DNA of 64,000 bases from an uncultured delta proteobacterium (GTDB taxonomy: Bacteria; Desulfobacterota; Binatia; UBA9968). A program made the position numbers and the translations under genes. The DNA is taken from assembly GCA_963745035.1 (NCBI GenBank), contig CAVUVW010000013.1, forward strand, positions 480,001 to 544,000. Reading direction: 5' to 3'. Below, in pieces: positions 31,690 through 42,504 of this stretch. The notes under the pieces are model-generated. The model worked only from the letters and a program-made list of their open reading frames with translations. It made no database searches and was not told the DNA's origin. Within the stretch, counting starts at the first letter, position 1, and every line of letters starts with the position of its first letter.

Positions 31690-32132
31690 TCCCGCCTCCC
31701 GACTCGAAATTTTGAGCCACCGACATGATAGAGTCAGCCCGTCGTTTTCGCAAGCAAATGCTCCCCGACAAGGTGGTGTTGCTCATGCTCCACCCGAAAT
31801 CCGCGGTTGAAAGATCTGCACCGCGGAGCGTAAATTTTTCGGCGCAAAGACAATGCTTTGCTCTGCTGAGCGGATTGCCAGCGCCAGCGATCTAAAAGTA
31901 ATCATTGCGACTCGGCGATGACTTTGCCAAATGCGCAAAGAGCCTTGCGGCGGCACGCTTGAGTGTTTTCATGACTCCGAAATCGTGCCTGGGAGCCGAG
32001 CCAAGTTGCGACTCAATGAGTGAGACAAAATAAAAGAAGCGGAAGCGGCCGGCGGGTAAAGAACATCCTTGGGCATGTTTTACACGCCCAAGGATGGATG
32101 GGACGCGACCTGATGAATACTGCTAGAAGCGC

Positions 32133-33092
32133 CTACGCTGCTGAACGCGACCGCGCCGCCTCGACCAGCGGGCGATATTTTTCATTGAGCTTCATCCAGT
32201 GCTCAGCGCGTCCTTTCGCTTCGGCGAGCTTGGCTTCGGGGAAGGTAACAAAAGGTACGCGTGTGGGACCTACTTTGCAGTAATCGGCGAATTCCTGGGG
32301 ACGCTTGTTGCCCGAGCCGGGAACCGGCTTGCCGGCGCCGATGCCGCCGAGATCCGCGATCACCTGGATAGCTTTTTGATTGTCACCCTGGCGTACTTGC
32401 TCCAACAGATAAAGAATCGGCCACGGACCCATCCAGACTTCCGTTGACCAGCAACCCGCGGCGCCCATTTCATAGTAAGGATACAACTGCGTCTGGTTGA
32501 CAAAAACACTGATTTTTCCGCGCACGATCTTTTGTAAATTCATGAATGCCTGCGTTGTGCGGTGACTGTCTTTCATGCCGATGATGTTGGGTTTCTTCAC
32601 CAATTCGGTAAAAGCCGCGACCGGAATCGTGAACTTGTGATTGTCCGGGTTGTGATAGACCACGATATTCAGGTTGGAATAGAGGTCCGCTATGTCATGA
32701 TAGAATTTGATCGCGTCTTGCACGTGCAGGGTTTCATAGTACGGCACGCCGAGTAACACGCCGTCTGCGCCAAGGTCCTTAACGAAATTCATCTTCTGAA
32801 TCACTTCACGCGGATTGGGACTGGTAACGCCGATAAACAGGGGAACTCGTTTCTTAACCGCGTCGACGGTGGCGACCGCCAGGGTTTTGAACTCGTCAAA
32901 AAGGAGGCTATAGCATTCGCCGTAGGTCCCGGTGGTGGCGATGTTGTGAAGTCCGTCCTTGATAATTTTGTCGACGCCATCTTTAAGATTATCGACCGCA
33001 ATGGTCTGCGTGGCTTTGATATCGGCAGCGTCGGGAGTGGCAAAGGCCGGCATCATTCCTAAAACCCCTTTCAGCTCGTTGGCTGTAATCAT
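32133..33092 (-). CDS. DHDPS-family hydratase-aldolase (NahE/PhdJ-like)
   Basis: MPAFATPDA.D, TTGTYGEC, RVPLFIG, YHNP, catalytic Lys in GMKDS. Confidence 0.8.
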   Translation of the reverse strand: MITANELKGVLGMMPAFATPDAADIKATQTIAVDNLKDGVDKIIKDGLHNIATTGTYGECYSLLFDEFKTLAVATVDAVKKRVPLFIGVTSPNPREVIQKMNFVKDLGADGVLLGVPYYETLHVQDAIKFYHDIADLYSNLNIVVYHNPDNHKFTIPVAAFTELVKKPNIIGMKDSHRTTQAFMNLQKIVRGKISVFVNQTQLYPYYEMGAAGCWSTEVWMGPWPILYLLEQVRQGDNQKAIQVIADLGGIGAGKPVPGSGNKRPQEFADYCKVGPTRVPFVTFPEAKLAEAKGRAEHWMKLNEKYRPLVEAARSRSAA

Positions 33093-33637
33093 CGTCTTCC
33101 TCCGTGTCGGTATTTAGTTGGCGATTTTGGCGCGTTTCAACGTGCGATCATTCACTATTGCCTTGTTAACAGGTCATCGAAGGGGTTGTCAATTAGTCAA
33201 TCGGCAGCGGAGATTCCTACGTTTTAAGTAGGCTTTGGGAGACAATCCTTCACCCATGTGCCTTGCTTGGAGCCTCGCCGGTGCTATCGTCGCCGGGTCA
33301 CCAATGATATCTGCGGAGATCACGGGCCGAGAACTTTAGTCGCAATCCGATATAAAACTGCAGTGCAGCCTACTTTTAGGCACGCAAGTCGACTCGTCGT
33401 TGCGACTCCTGTTTTACCAGAAAAAGAGAACCTTACAGCCGGTCAGAACCCACGCGCGTAAATGAGGTGTCAGTTGTCATGAGTTTGTCAGATTTGACTT
33501 AAGTACGTCTCTGTTGTTGTGTATGCTTACCCGAAAAGTTCAAGAATAGGCAATTTTTACATTAGGTATAGAAATTGCCTCTGTAGCGCCCTTGAGGGGC
33601 TTGAGGTCGCATACGGCGGCATATTGGGAGAAGGGAG

Positions 33638-34276
33638 ATGAGTATTTTAAAACTCGTCGTTAATTCCATCGGCTACGTTTTTAGAGCCGACATCGCCGAG
33701 GGTCGACGGCGCATTCAGAGCCTGAAAACGCAAATCGAAACACTGAACGAACAGTTACGTTCTGCAGAAGCGATGAGCATTGCCGTCGGTATCGAGCTAA
33801 ACGACCCAGGTCCATTTCGGATGCCGTTGCTAACCCAGCTAAAGTCACTCATCACGGAAACGGACGATGGGGTCGTTGCCGAATTTGAATCGCACGATGG
33901 AAAGGCAATCTTTGTTACCCTTCAACCTTTAATTGCAGCACAGGTCGTAAACGATTATCTGTCGGCCGCTACGAACGCAGCACTCCATCCATCGACAGCC
34001 ATCGAATTTCCGAGTTTTGCCGGGGTCTTCCGACTGCCGATCTTCTCTTGCTACGGCGGTCATTTTAATGCCGGCCCCGATATACGGGTTTTAATCTTTT
34101 CATCCGAAGACGATCGGAGGGTGTTTCTGCCAGTTTCGGTTGAGACATATGAAAAAATGATTCGTCAGTTTGAAGCGGCTCTGGCGATCAACCCGGAGAC
34201 AGAGAGTGAAACTGAAATCTCTGTAGTACTCGCCCTGCCAAATCCGGTACGTGATCCCGATCCGGTAACAAGCTAA
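33638..34276 (+). CDS. hypothetical protein
   Basis: 212 aa ORF with GGGAG RBS and an N-terminal coiled segment. Confidence 0.55.
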   Translation: MSILKLVVNSIGYVFRADIAEGRRRIQSLKTQIETLNEQLRSAEAMSIAVGIELNDPGPFRMPLLTQLKSLITETDDGVVAEFESHDGKAIFVTLQPLIAAQVVNDYLSAATNAALHPSTAIEFPSFAGVFRLPIFSCYGGHFNAGPDIRVLIFSSEDDRRVFLPVSVETYEKMIRQFEAALAINPETESETEISVVLALPNPVRDPDPVTS

Positions 34277-34485
34277 CGTGTGAGTATAGCCCAGCCACTC
34301 AGTTTTTTCTATTTTTTCCTCGGCTATGCAGTCGCGTGTGAAAGCTGCGGGAAGCTCAAGTTCCAACCAACCCAATCCGCAGTTTGTATACCGATCCTGC
34401 CATGATCGGCTAATCATTTGAACAGCTCTTTTCAGGTAACCGCTGTTGATATACCTTATATCGCCAGAGAGGTTGAGCTGCCCAG

Positions 34486-34998
34486 ATGCCAGAGCCGCTC
34501 TCAAACGCGCAGTCTCTTAGGATCATCGGTCAGAATCTAGAAGCAAATTCTATCGACTCGTTCGAATTGGCAAAGTGGGGCGACGACTATGTCGTATGGC
34601 TGGAGGTCACAGACGCCAGGATAAGACCTTTAGGAGAGGAAGGATTTTTTTCCAGAGTCACCCACAGAATTTTGCGACGCCACGACTCGACTGTCGACCT
34701 CCCGCCGCGTCAGCGCCTATACTTCACATCCTCAGAGATCGTTTCCGCGGATACTGAGCGGCGGTTGGGCCGGCAGTCGTCGGTTGGCCCGGCCGATCAG
34801 CTAGGCATTTCCTTTGTCTTGCGTGTGCTGGGTGACTATTTGGATCGAAAACGAGTCAACCAATTTACTATTTCAAGGTCCAAAAACTCGATCGTGATAG
34901 ACTACAATCAGAAACAGGAAAATTTCACATCACAAAATGTGTACGACCTTGCAATAGCAATGTACCTGAGAAGAGCTGCCCGCAATCATCGAAAGTAA
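34486..34998 (+). CDS. hypothetical protein with internally duplicated LR.(I/L)G..L motif
   Basis: SLRIIGQNLE...IDSFEL and VLRVLGDYLD...VNQFTI repeats. Confidence 0.6.
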   Translation: MPEPLSNAQSLRIIGQNLEANSIDSFELAKWGDDYVVWLEVTDARIRPLGEEGFFSRVTHRILRRHDSTVDLPPRQRLYFTSSEIVSADTERRLGRQSSVGPADQLGISFVLRVLGDYLDRKRVNQFTISRSKNSIVIDYNQKQENFTSQNVYDLAIAMYLRRAARNHRK

Positions 34999-35061
34999 TT
35001 GCCTAAAGCTTCCCCTTTGCTTTCCGGCGGGCTGCGTTCCGCTCGGCTCATTGTCTGCCGA

Positions 35062-35787
35062 CTAAACCCCCAGGACCAGTCTGACGGGATTGATCTTTTC
35101 GTTAATTCCGAAGGTAAGTGGCTTTTTCACCAGATCCGGATTGTAGTACGTGCCAAACAGTCTGTCCCAGATAGTCAACAGCGAGGCCATATTGGAGCGG
35201 TAATGCTGCGGGTCATCGCTGTGATGGATTTGGTGATAGCGCGGAGTGACGACGAACCACTCCAGCCAGCTCAATTTCCACGCGACATTCATATGCATCC
35301 AGTTATTACGGAACGTGTGCTCCGCCAGGATAAGTTGAAAGATCCAGATGGGCGCCCCTCGCAGTAGCGGCCGCGCGAGAATAAATGTCAAATTGAATAA
35401 GATGATGTGCGGAATCGCCGTCCGGACTCCCGCGAGCCAGTACATGTATTTCGGGTAATGGTGCCATTTGTGTGTGCGCCAGAAATAATTTGTATGCATC
35501 AAGCGGTGCACCCAGTAAAGGCCAAAGTCCTCGACAATAAAAAAGAGCACGAGTTTGAGTGCCAGTGGCGTTCCCACCAGTGCTGTCGGCACATAATTGG
35601 GCACGGGAATCCGATCGGTAAATACCACCACCACAGCGAAAAGAACGTTATACACCCCAAGCGCTGTCAGATCTCTCAACAAGACCGTCCGGTAAGCGAT
35701 TTTGCGGCCGGGAAACAGCCACTCGGCGGCAAAGGCTAAAAAGCCGAGCAGCCAAAAAACTGCAAAGGAGTAAAGAATTTGGTTCAT
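35062..35787 (-). CDS. sterol desaturase / fatty acid hydroxylase family protein
   Basis: His boxes YWVHRLMH, W.THKWHH, HMN, P.YHQIHHS, WDRLFGT. Confidence 0.88.
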   Translation of the reverse strand: MNQILYSFAVFWLLGFLAFAAEWLFPGRKIAYRTVLLRDLTALGVYNVLFAVVVVFTDRIPVPNYVPTALVGTPLALKLVLFFIVEDFGLYWVHRLMHTNYFWRTHKWHHYPKYMYWLAGVRTAIPHIILFNLTFILARPLLRGAPIWIFQLILAEHTFRNNWMHMNVAWKLSWLEWFVVTPRYHQIHHSDDPQHYRSNMASLLTIWDRLFGTYYNPDLVKKPLTFGINEKINPVRLVLGV

Positions 35788-36067
35788 CGATCACGGTCTC
35801 GGGATTGCCTATTAACGGTCAGGCCATGTAGCCCGGCTTGCTTGCGCTGCAGAGCAGCCGATGGTTCGACATCGGTGTTGATTAAATAGGGCACGACGAC
35901 AATCGTCCTGATCAAAAACGAGCGCAATCTACTCCGGGTACTGGAAGTTGTCAAATTACCCGGCGGCGACCGCGTCTAGCGCGCGCGAGGCCACGTCGTT
36001 AATCCCGGCCGAGTTGGCGTGGAAAGACATGGAACGATTGAAGTGAAGACAGCACCCGGCTCATTAT

Positions 36068-36121
36068 TGAAAAAAATGGAGCCACCCGGCGGATTCAAAC
36101 CGCCGACCTACTGATTACGAA
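36068..36121 (-). repeat. att-like copy of the 3' half of tRNA-Thr(CGT) (left island boundary)
   Basis: minus strand TTCGTAA-TCAGT-AGGTC-GGCGG-TTTGAAT-CCGCC-GGGTGGCT-CCA: anticodon loop, T arm, acceptor strand and CCA; no 5' half. Confidence 0.85.
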
Positions 36122-36224
36122 AAACACTCAGCCGACCGACAACATCACTCAATCTGAGAAACCTCAAAGAAAACAAGGCTCGTAGCTCCTCACCGCGCCC
36201 GTTCTTATGGTTCAGTGTAGTTCG

Positions 36225-36245
36225 CATGGAAACATCATGGAAACA
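36225..36245. repeat. tandem CATGGAAACA pair (candidate integrase arm-type sites)
   Basis: CATGGAAACA-T-CATGGAAACA, 11-bp period, ~100 bp from the att core. Confidence 0.5.
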
Positions 36246-36479
36246 AGTCGATGCCAGCTTTCTCAAATGAGCGCCCCGAGAGACTGAACTCGCGATGGTT
36301 CGTGTTCTGACGGCTCAAGGACTGTCATTGTCTCGTCCCGCTCTATAAACAACTGGAAACCCCAGCATTCGTCGCGCAGCAATGGGAAACTGTTTCATCA
36401 CCAAATGCTTGTATGTGCAGGGTAGTGCGATTACCGTAATTGCCTCATCGACCTGCACACGCAAGTTGCTTGGAACGAA

Positions 36480-36890
36480 TCATACGACCTCGTTCGCCGC
36501 TGTGGAGCTTTACCGGCTGCTAAGGTATCGCGACTCGACTCAGGGAATTGGTCCAGTTCGCGTTTGGATCTGCGCGTCTGCGTCGGTGGGCACAATCGTA
36601 TCTTGACCGTTTACAGAGAACGCATTGCGCGGGTAGTGCATGATTGAGCCATAGTCATACTTGCCCACATCATCGCCATCTGTGATGTGTTGACGAAAGT
36701 TATACTCTTCCCCGAGGAATGATGTTTTCCTTTATGATTGTTACGAAAGCGTCCCCCGGTCTAATCGTCCTTTGCCAATAGACAACGCGCTAACGCGGAA
36801 GAGGACCGGAATGACGTCGCGCTCCTCCGGTGAGAGCCCTTCGAGAAATGATTGGAATTGCTCCAGTTTGTCGTCCTTGGCCCTGGCCAT
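36480..36890 (-). pseudogene. astacin (M12A) metallopeptidase remnant
   Basis: frameshifted pieces DRDAFVTIIKENII..EYNF and QHITDGDDVGKYDYGSIMHYPRNAFSVNGQDTIVP (Met-turn); HExxHxxGxxH segment missing; GGAGG-ATG at 36890. Confidence 0.7.
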
Positions 36891-36989
36891 GGTATCCTCC
36901 GAGGCGGTTTCAGGAGGCGAAGTCCGCCTTCATAAATCAGTTAATCTAGCGGCAAGTTTTCAGTTTTCACAATGTGTTCTTATGCTGGT

Positions 36990-38307
36990 TCATTTGTCCC
37001 TGAGATAGTTCACTTTGCCCATCAGTTTCTCTGTCTCGGGTAAGTCTTCTTGCGGTTCCTCGACCTGTCGCAACAATTCGGCGTTTCCTTTCCAAAGAGT
37101 GCTATTCTCTGGGGGTTGACCGTACAGGTCTGGGTGCAAGTGGTAGCCGCGCTCATTCGAAGGCTTATCCTCTTCTACTGCTAAGGGGTTTCTTTTTGCC
37201 CGAGCGTCCCGACGAATACCGGTCACTTGCCAGGAGACCTTCATCCTGCCGTGCCGCCTGCAATCTTGAAGCGACTGTTTGAAATCTCTTGAGAGACGTG
37301 GAGGTTGGGGCAGGCCCTCCAATCGAGGTAAGCTGGTGCCGGAAGTCGCTTTGAGCGCTTCCACCCAACTTGGAACTTCCACGGTACGCTCACCGTTGTC
37401 GTCAGAGCTACAAATCCGTCATAGACATTCTTCATCTCGGAGGATTCGACGAACGAATGGGAAAGATACTTGTTTGATGGATCGAGCGGGTGATCGATCT
37501 TAAAGCCCCCGCCGGCCTTGAATATGGCCCCGGTGACGGAAACACTTCCTTCAAAATATCCAGCAAACCGATCGTCCGCGCTGGCGTGAAGGGCGATTAC
37601 CTCTGCCCCGCTACCCTCCGGCCCCTGCTCGCCCTTGCAACTATCCCGGCATTAAAAGAACTACTGTTACGCGCGAAACTACGCACGCCAACGTTAATCG
37701 TTGGCCCAGCGTGAGTGGCGGCGGCAATGCCTTCTGCACCAACACTCAGAAAATCGCTACCGCTAAAGCCCTCTCCACGCACGCCCGCACCCATTCCAGT
37801 CGTCCTACCAAGCACCCCGAAACGGTGCCTCGTGATATCGGGCGTGACGGCCACCCCAAACACACCCACCACGCCGGTCCCAAATACGCCGGCGCTGGTG
37901 TTGCCTTGACCAAGCACACCGATGGGAAAAACGCCGCCTTCTCCCCAGGCCGCCCTATGACGCCCCTGCCCGCTTTTGCTTGTATCAATCACTCCATCGC
38001 CGTTTTCGCTGTTTCCAACGACGCCCACGCCATCTACACTCCCAGCATTGATACCGTTTCCCGTCCCGCTCTGCGCACGAACGCCATTGGAGCTCACGCT
38101 GGTTGCGGTGAGCCCGGATCCTGAGGTGCTAGTCGCGACCGCGCCGGGACCGTCTATGCTCTCAGCTTGGACGCCAATACCGAATCCTGCAGGAGCGTGC
38201 GCACGGATGGCCGTCCCGTCGGCTCCCTGGTTTGTGATGGACAATGCAGCTTGCTCTGGTGCCGACACCGAACTCTCGCATGGAATAGGAAGTCCACATT
38301 CCGCCAT
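36990..38307 (-). pseudogene. Gly-rich repeat fibre/adhesin-like protein with C-terminal chaperone-like domain, multiply frameshifted
   Basis: G.GV.G.S repeats, then FKIDHPLDPSNKYLSHSFVESSEMKNVYDG ... FKIAGG ... MKVSWQVTGIR.D...VEEDK...RGY.LHP.LYG in different frames. Confidence 0.7.
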
Positions 38308-38532
38308 AACGTTTTCCCCTGGTCTGAGATTGATCGGTAGTTGAGTTCTTGACGCGAGCTGATGTATAAGGGAATCCGCTAAGAACGGGAGGCCGTTACA
38401 ATCAGTTAAGAAGACCGAAAGCCGGTGGAAAATCGTGGAGAAGTGCCCCGACAAATCCACGGCTTCTCTCGATTTGAAAGCCAAGCGCCGGTAAGTTTCA
38501 CAGATTATTTCGGAGCGCAGACACAACGCAAT

Positions 38533-40113
38533 ATGTCGCCTGATTGTCATCTAAGTTTTGTCGTCACTACGCGCAATGACAACCATGGGGGCGACATGCT
38601 TCGCCGCTTTCAAATCTTCGCCGAGACCCTCTTGCAACAAGCCAATAGGCACTCGCTGAAGGGAGAACTCATTGTGGTCGAATGGAATCCGCCAACGGGA
38701 CCACGACTTCATGAGGTTCTAAAGCTTCGGGTCAAGTCGGACTGTTTTGCTATCAGATTCATAGAAGTCCCTCCGGAAGTGCATCGAGCGATCCGCAACG
38801 CGGATGTGATTCCGCTCTTTCAGATGATCGGAAAAAATGTGGGCATCCGCCGTGCGCGGGGAGAATTTGTTCTGGCTACCAACCCCGATCTCCTGTTTTC
38901 CGACAGTGTCATTGCATTTATGGCTTCCGATAAGCTCTTACCCGATGTGATGTATCGTATTGACCGGCATGACGTTCCCGCCGAAGTTCCCGACAACGTG
39001 TCAGTAGACCGACAGCTTGCCTGGTGCGCCGCCAACGTGCTGAGAATCCATGGTCGGCGTGGGAGTTTCCCCCCTCCGCGTCACCTGCTTTCGAGATTTC
39101 GGGCACGGATTAGAAAGCTGCCGAAGAAAGTTAACGAGCGTGTATCCCTGTGGGGCCGCGCCTTTCGGTACCGCCTCTCGTCTTTGAGATGGGTGAGCCT
39201 CAGAGAGCGGGCTTCAGCCTTGGTATCGCTTTGGTATCAGCTTTGGTATCTAAGGCTGGTAAAATTAAAACTAGGCGCGTCAGCCTCTTTGTCCCTTTGG
39301 TATCACCTCTGGTATCTGAGGATCGCGAAACTAAAAAAATTATTGGGGCAGCTGCCCACTATACTCCATGACCCTAGGCGGGTACTTTGGATTGTACGTC
39401 AGAGTGGGCCCACTCTGCTCAAGAAGCTACTGACCGAGCTCCCTGCGAAGCTTTTCGGCTTGGTTCGACATTGGCTGTGGGGACTTACTTACCCCTTGCG
39501 CTACCTTGCAAACCTGATCTCGACGCCTATCAAAAGGTTAGTGGCTCGATTTCATCCTTTTCTTATTCTTTACAGTCCGAGACTCTTAATCCGACGCGTG
39601 CTCTGGGGAGCTTTGCGACTTACTGATCCTTTACCGAAGGTTCATACCAATGGCTGTGGAGACTTCACATTGATGTCGAGAACCCAATGGTCAGAACTCC
39701 GCGGCTACCCTGAGCTGCCGCTATGGTCAATGCATATCGACTCTCTTCTCTGTTATATGGCGGTCGCCTCCAGGATCCAAGAATATACGTTACGTTCCCC
39801 GGCCAGGATCTATCATATGGAACACTACAATTCTTGGGCGGTGATGACTCCCGATGAGAAACTGAGAACGTTCACGAAGAAACCCTGGATCGACTTCGGT
39901 TTGCTTTCTGACCTCTGGGAAAATATGTACAGGACCACCCGGCCAATCCAATTCAACAGAGAGGACTGGGGGCTTGCTGACTGGGTCCTGGATGAGGTGA
40001 TTATCCAGTCCGGTGAGAAGCAATACCTTAAACAAAGCCCTGCGGTTACATCTAAGGGAGAACTCACATGGGATTCAATGGATCATCATCTATCGAGGCT
40101 ATCTCTGTCTTAG
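38533..40113 (+). CDS. GT-A-like hypothetical glycosyltransferase with a large basic/aromatic insertion
   Basis: SFVVTTRNDNHGG, VVEWNP, KNVGIRRARGEFVLATN.D, HTNGCGDF, MHIDS. Confidence 0.6.
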   Translation: MSPDCHLSFVVTTRNDNHGGDMLRRFQIFAETLLQQANRHSLKGELIVVEWNPPTGPRLHEVLKLRVKSDCFAIRFIEVPPEVHRAIRNADVIPLFQMIGKNVGIRRARGEFVLATNPDLLFSDSVIAFMASDKLLPDVMYRIDRHDVPAEVPDNVSVDRQLAWCAANVLRIHGRRGSFPPPRHLLSRFRARIRKLPKKVNERVSLWGRAFRYRLSSLRWVSLRERASALVSLWYQLWYLRLVKLKLGASASLSLWYHLWYLRIAKLKKLLGQLPTILHDPRRVLWIVRQSGPTLLKKLLTELPAKLFGLVRHWLWGLTYPLRYLANLISTPIKRLVARFHPFLILYSPRLLIRRVLWGALRLTDPLPKVHTNGCGDFTLMSRTQWSELRGYPELPLWSMHIDSLLCYMAVASRIQEYTLRSPARIYHMEHYNSWAVMTPDEKLRTFTKKPWIDFGLLSDLWENMYRTTRPIQFNREDWGLADWVLDEVIIQSGEKQYLKQSPAVTSKGELTWDSMDHHLSRLSLS

Positions 40114-41477
40114 GTATAGGCAAGCTCGGCGCCGTCGTAGCGGGTTGCCTTGCCAGCCGGGGGTTTCTTGTGATCGGTGTCGATGTCAACCGGCACTCTG
40201 TCGATAGCTTTAACCGCGGCGTGCCGCCGATCCAAGAACCGGGAGTCGAGGATCTCTACCGTTCATGCCAAGGACTCCTCACAGCAACAACGGACACGGC
40301 CTCGGCCGTAGAAAGGTCGGAGGCCACGCTTATCTGCGTTCCTACACCGAGCGATGCCGACGGTGGCTACTCCCTCCGTTACGTCCTCGAAGCGTGTAAG
40401 GCCGTTGGGGATGCGCTTCGAAACAAAAACGCTTACCACCTTGTGGTGCTGAAGAGCACCGTGCTGCCCGGTTCCTGCGACCGCGATATTATTCCGACAC
40501 TGGAAGCCCGGAGCGGAAAGCGATGCGGGAGTGATTTCGGTTTTTGCTATAACCCGGAATTCATTGCTCTTGGAAGTGTCATCCATAACATCTTTAATCC
40601 TGATCTTGTCCTGATCGGTGAATCCAATCAGACAGCTGGGGATTGGCTGGTGCAGATTTTTGCGCGCCTGCTCAGCACCAAACGACAGACGGCTCGCATG
40701 AACCTTGTGAATGCAGAGTTGGCCAAACTGGCAGTCAACTCCTATGTGACCATGAAAATTACCTTTGCCAATCTTTTGGCCCGCCTCTGTGAACAGCTCC
40801 GGGGAGGCGATGTGGATATCGTAACCGGAGCCTTGGGTTTGGATAGCCGCATCGGCGCCAAGTATCTCAAGGGAGGCCTTGGGTATGGTGGTCCATGCTT
40901 TCCTAGAGACAACGAGGCGATGCTATGTCTGGCCGACCGGCTCGGCGTCTCGTTTCCCCTCGCCATGGCGACTGACCAAGCCAACCGCGAAATTGCTGGA
41001 CACGTCGCGGACGTCGTTGCTTCAAAGGTGCCAATAGGCTCGCGCGTGGGGATCTTGGGTTTGAGCTATAAGGCTAACACGCCAGTAATCGAGGAGTCCC
41101 AGGGCGTTCTCATCACGAAAATTCTGCTGGAGCGCGGCTTCGAGATCGTAGCGTATGACCCGGTCGCCATAGAGCCGGCACGCAAGGTATTCGGAAAAAA
41201 CATCGAATATGCCGCATCAGCGCAGACTTGTATCCTGGAGGCCGACGCAGTTTTGATCACCACGCCGTGGGATGAGTTCAAGCACATCAAGTATTCATGT
41301 TTAAATGGCTCCAAGGACCCGATTGTGATCGACTGCTGGGGAATGCTAGACGGAGAAGTACCTGAATCGCCGCGCGTGATTCGATTGGGCAAAAGCCAAT
41401 TCATCGAGCCTGACATCAGAAATTCTGGCGAGAATCATTACCCAAAGGAGACTCCAATACGTGAATTGGAAAGGTAA
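40068..41477 (+). CDS. UDP-glucose/GDP-mannose dehydrogenase family protein
   Basis: G.GKLG, CVPTP, KSTV.PG, YNPEF, GYGGPCFPRD, GLSYK. Confidence 0.92.
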   Translation: MGFNGSSSIEAISVLGIGKLGAVVAGCLASRGFLVIGVDVNRHSVDSFNRGVPPIQEPGVEDLYRSCQGLLTATTDTASAVERSEATLICVPTPSDADGGYSLRYVLEACKAVGDALRNKNAYHLVVLKSTVLPGSCDRDIIPTLEARSGKRCGSDFGFCYNPEFIALGSVIHNIFNPDLVLIGESNQTAGDWLVQIFARLLSTKRQTARMNLVNAELAKLAVNSYVTMKITFANLLARLCEQLRGGDVDIVTGALGLDSRIGAKYLKGGLGYGGPCFPRDNEAMLCLADRLGVSFPLAMATDQANREIAGHVADVVASKVPIGSRVGILGLSYKANTPVIEESQGVLITKILLERGFEIVAYDPVAIEPARKVFGKNIEYAASAQTCILEADAVLITTPWDEFKHIKYSCLNGSKDPIVIDCWGMLDGEVPESPRVIRLGKSQFIEPDIRNSGENHYPKETPIRELER

Positions 41478-42477
41478 ACACGTTCTCGTCACCGGCGGGG
41501 CTTCATTCATTGGCTCCAGCCTCGTCGATGCGCTCGTGTCACGAGGAGCCATTGTTCGCGTGGTCGATGACCTAAGCACGGGGAGGTATGAATATATCTC
41601 CCGGCTGGTGGAGTCGGGCAGCGTGGAATTCATCAAGGGCGACCTCCTAGACGCAGAAATCGCGACGCGCTCGGTCAAAGGTATTGAATATTTGTTTCAT
41701 CTGGCCGCTATCCACGGCGGCCGCGGCTATGTCGACCTGCACAATGTCGAGTGTTCGATGAATCTCATTCTGGACGGTCAACTTTTCCGCGAGGCTGTGA
41801 AGGCGCATGTCGAAAAAATCATTTTTGCGTCTTCTGGATGTGTTTACCCAAATCACCTTCAGAGCGACCCTGCAAAGGAGGTTTATTTAACGGAAGACCT
41901 TGTCGGCCCGCCCTACGACGCTGACAACATGTATGGCTGGGCGAAGCTCATGGGCGAGCTGACCCTCCGGCACTTCGTCAAACAAGGTCTACTCAAGGCA
42001 GCATCGTGTCGCTACTTTACCGTTTACGGTCCGCGGGGAAAGGAAGACCACGCCGTCATCGCTATGATCGCTCGCGCCTTCATCCAGCAGAACCCGTTTG
42101 AGGTATGGGGAACCGGGGAACAGATCCGCAATTGGACCTACATCGATGACATTGTTGAGGGAACGATGTTAGCCGCCGAGGGCATTGACGACGGAACGGC
42201 GGTAAATCTAGGGACGATGGAGCGTATTCGCGTCGCTGATGCCGCTGCAATGATTCTCCGCCGCATGGGGGTGGAAGTGCCGCTTAAATTCTTGCCGCAT
42301 ATGCCCACGGGTCCTTACAACCGGGTCGCGGCCAATCGCTTGGCCAAAGAGCTCATTGGCTGGGAACCCCGAATTCCGTTTCGCGAAGGCATCGTGAAAA
42401 CAATCGATTGGTATGTGAATAACCGAAATCCCGATGAAGTGCGCAGCCAATTGCAATCCATGCTCACCGAGCGTTAA
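41461..42477 (+). CDS. NAD-dependent nucleotide-sugar epimerase/dehydratase
   Basis: VTGGASFIGS, ASSGCVY, YGWAK catalytic motif, VYGP. Confidence 0.92.
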   Translation: MNWKGKHVLVTGGASFIGSSLVDALVSRGAIVRVVDDLSTGRYEYISRLVESGSVEFIKGDLLDAEIATRSVKGIEYLFHLAAIHGGRGYVDLHNVECSMNLILDGQLFREAVKAHVEKIIFASSGCVYPNHLQSDPAKEVYLTEDLVGPPYDADNMYGWAKLMGELTLRHFVKQGLLKAASCRYFTVYGPRGKEDHAVIAMIARAFIQQNPFEVWGTGEQIRNWTYIDDIVEGTMLAAEGIDDGTAVNLGTMERIRVADAAAMILRRMGVEVPLKFLPHMPTGPYNRVAANRLAKELIGWEPRIPFREGIVKTIDWYVNNRNPDEVRSQLQSMLTER

Positions 42478-42504
42478 ATCACTTTCTCGCCAAACGGGCG
42501 CAAG

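Noticed and set aside
36077-36121. Intact tRNA-Thr genes here and at 60275-60320
   Set aside because: Both lack the 5' acceptor strand and D arm; treated as att remnants
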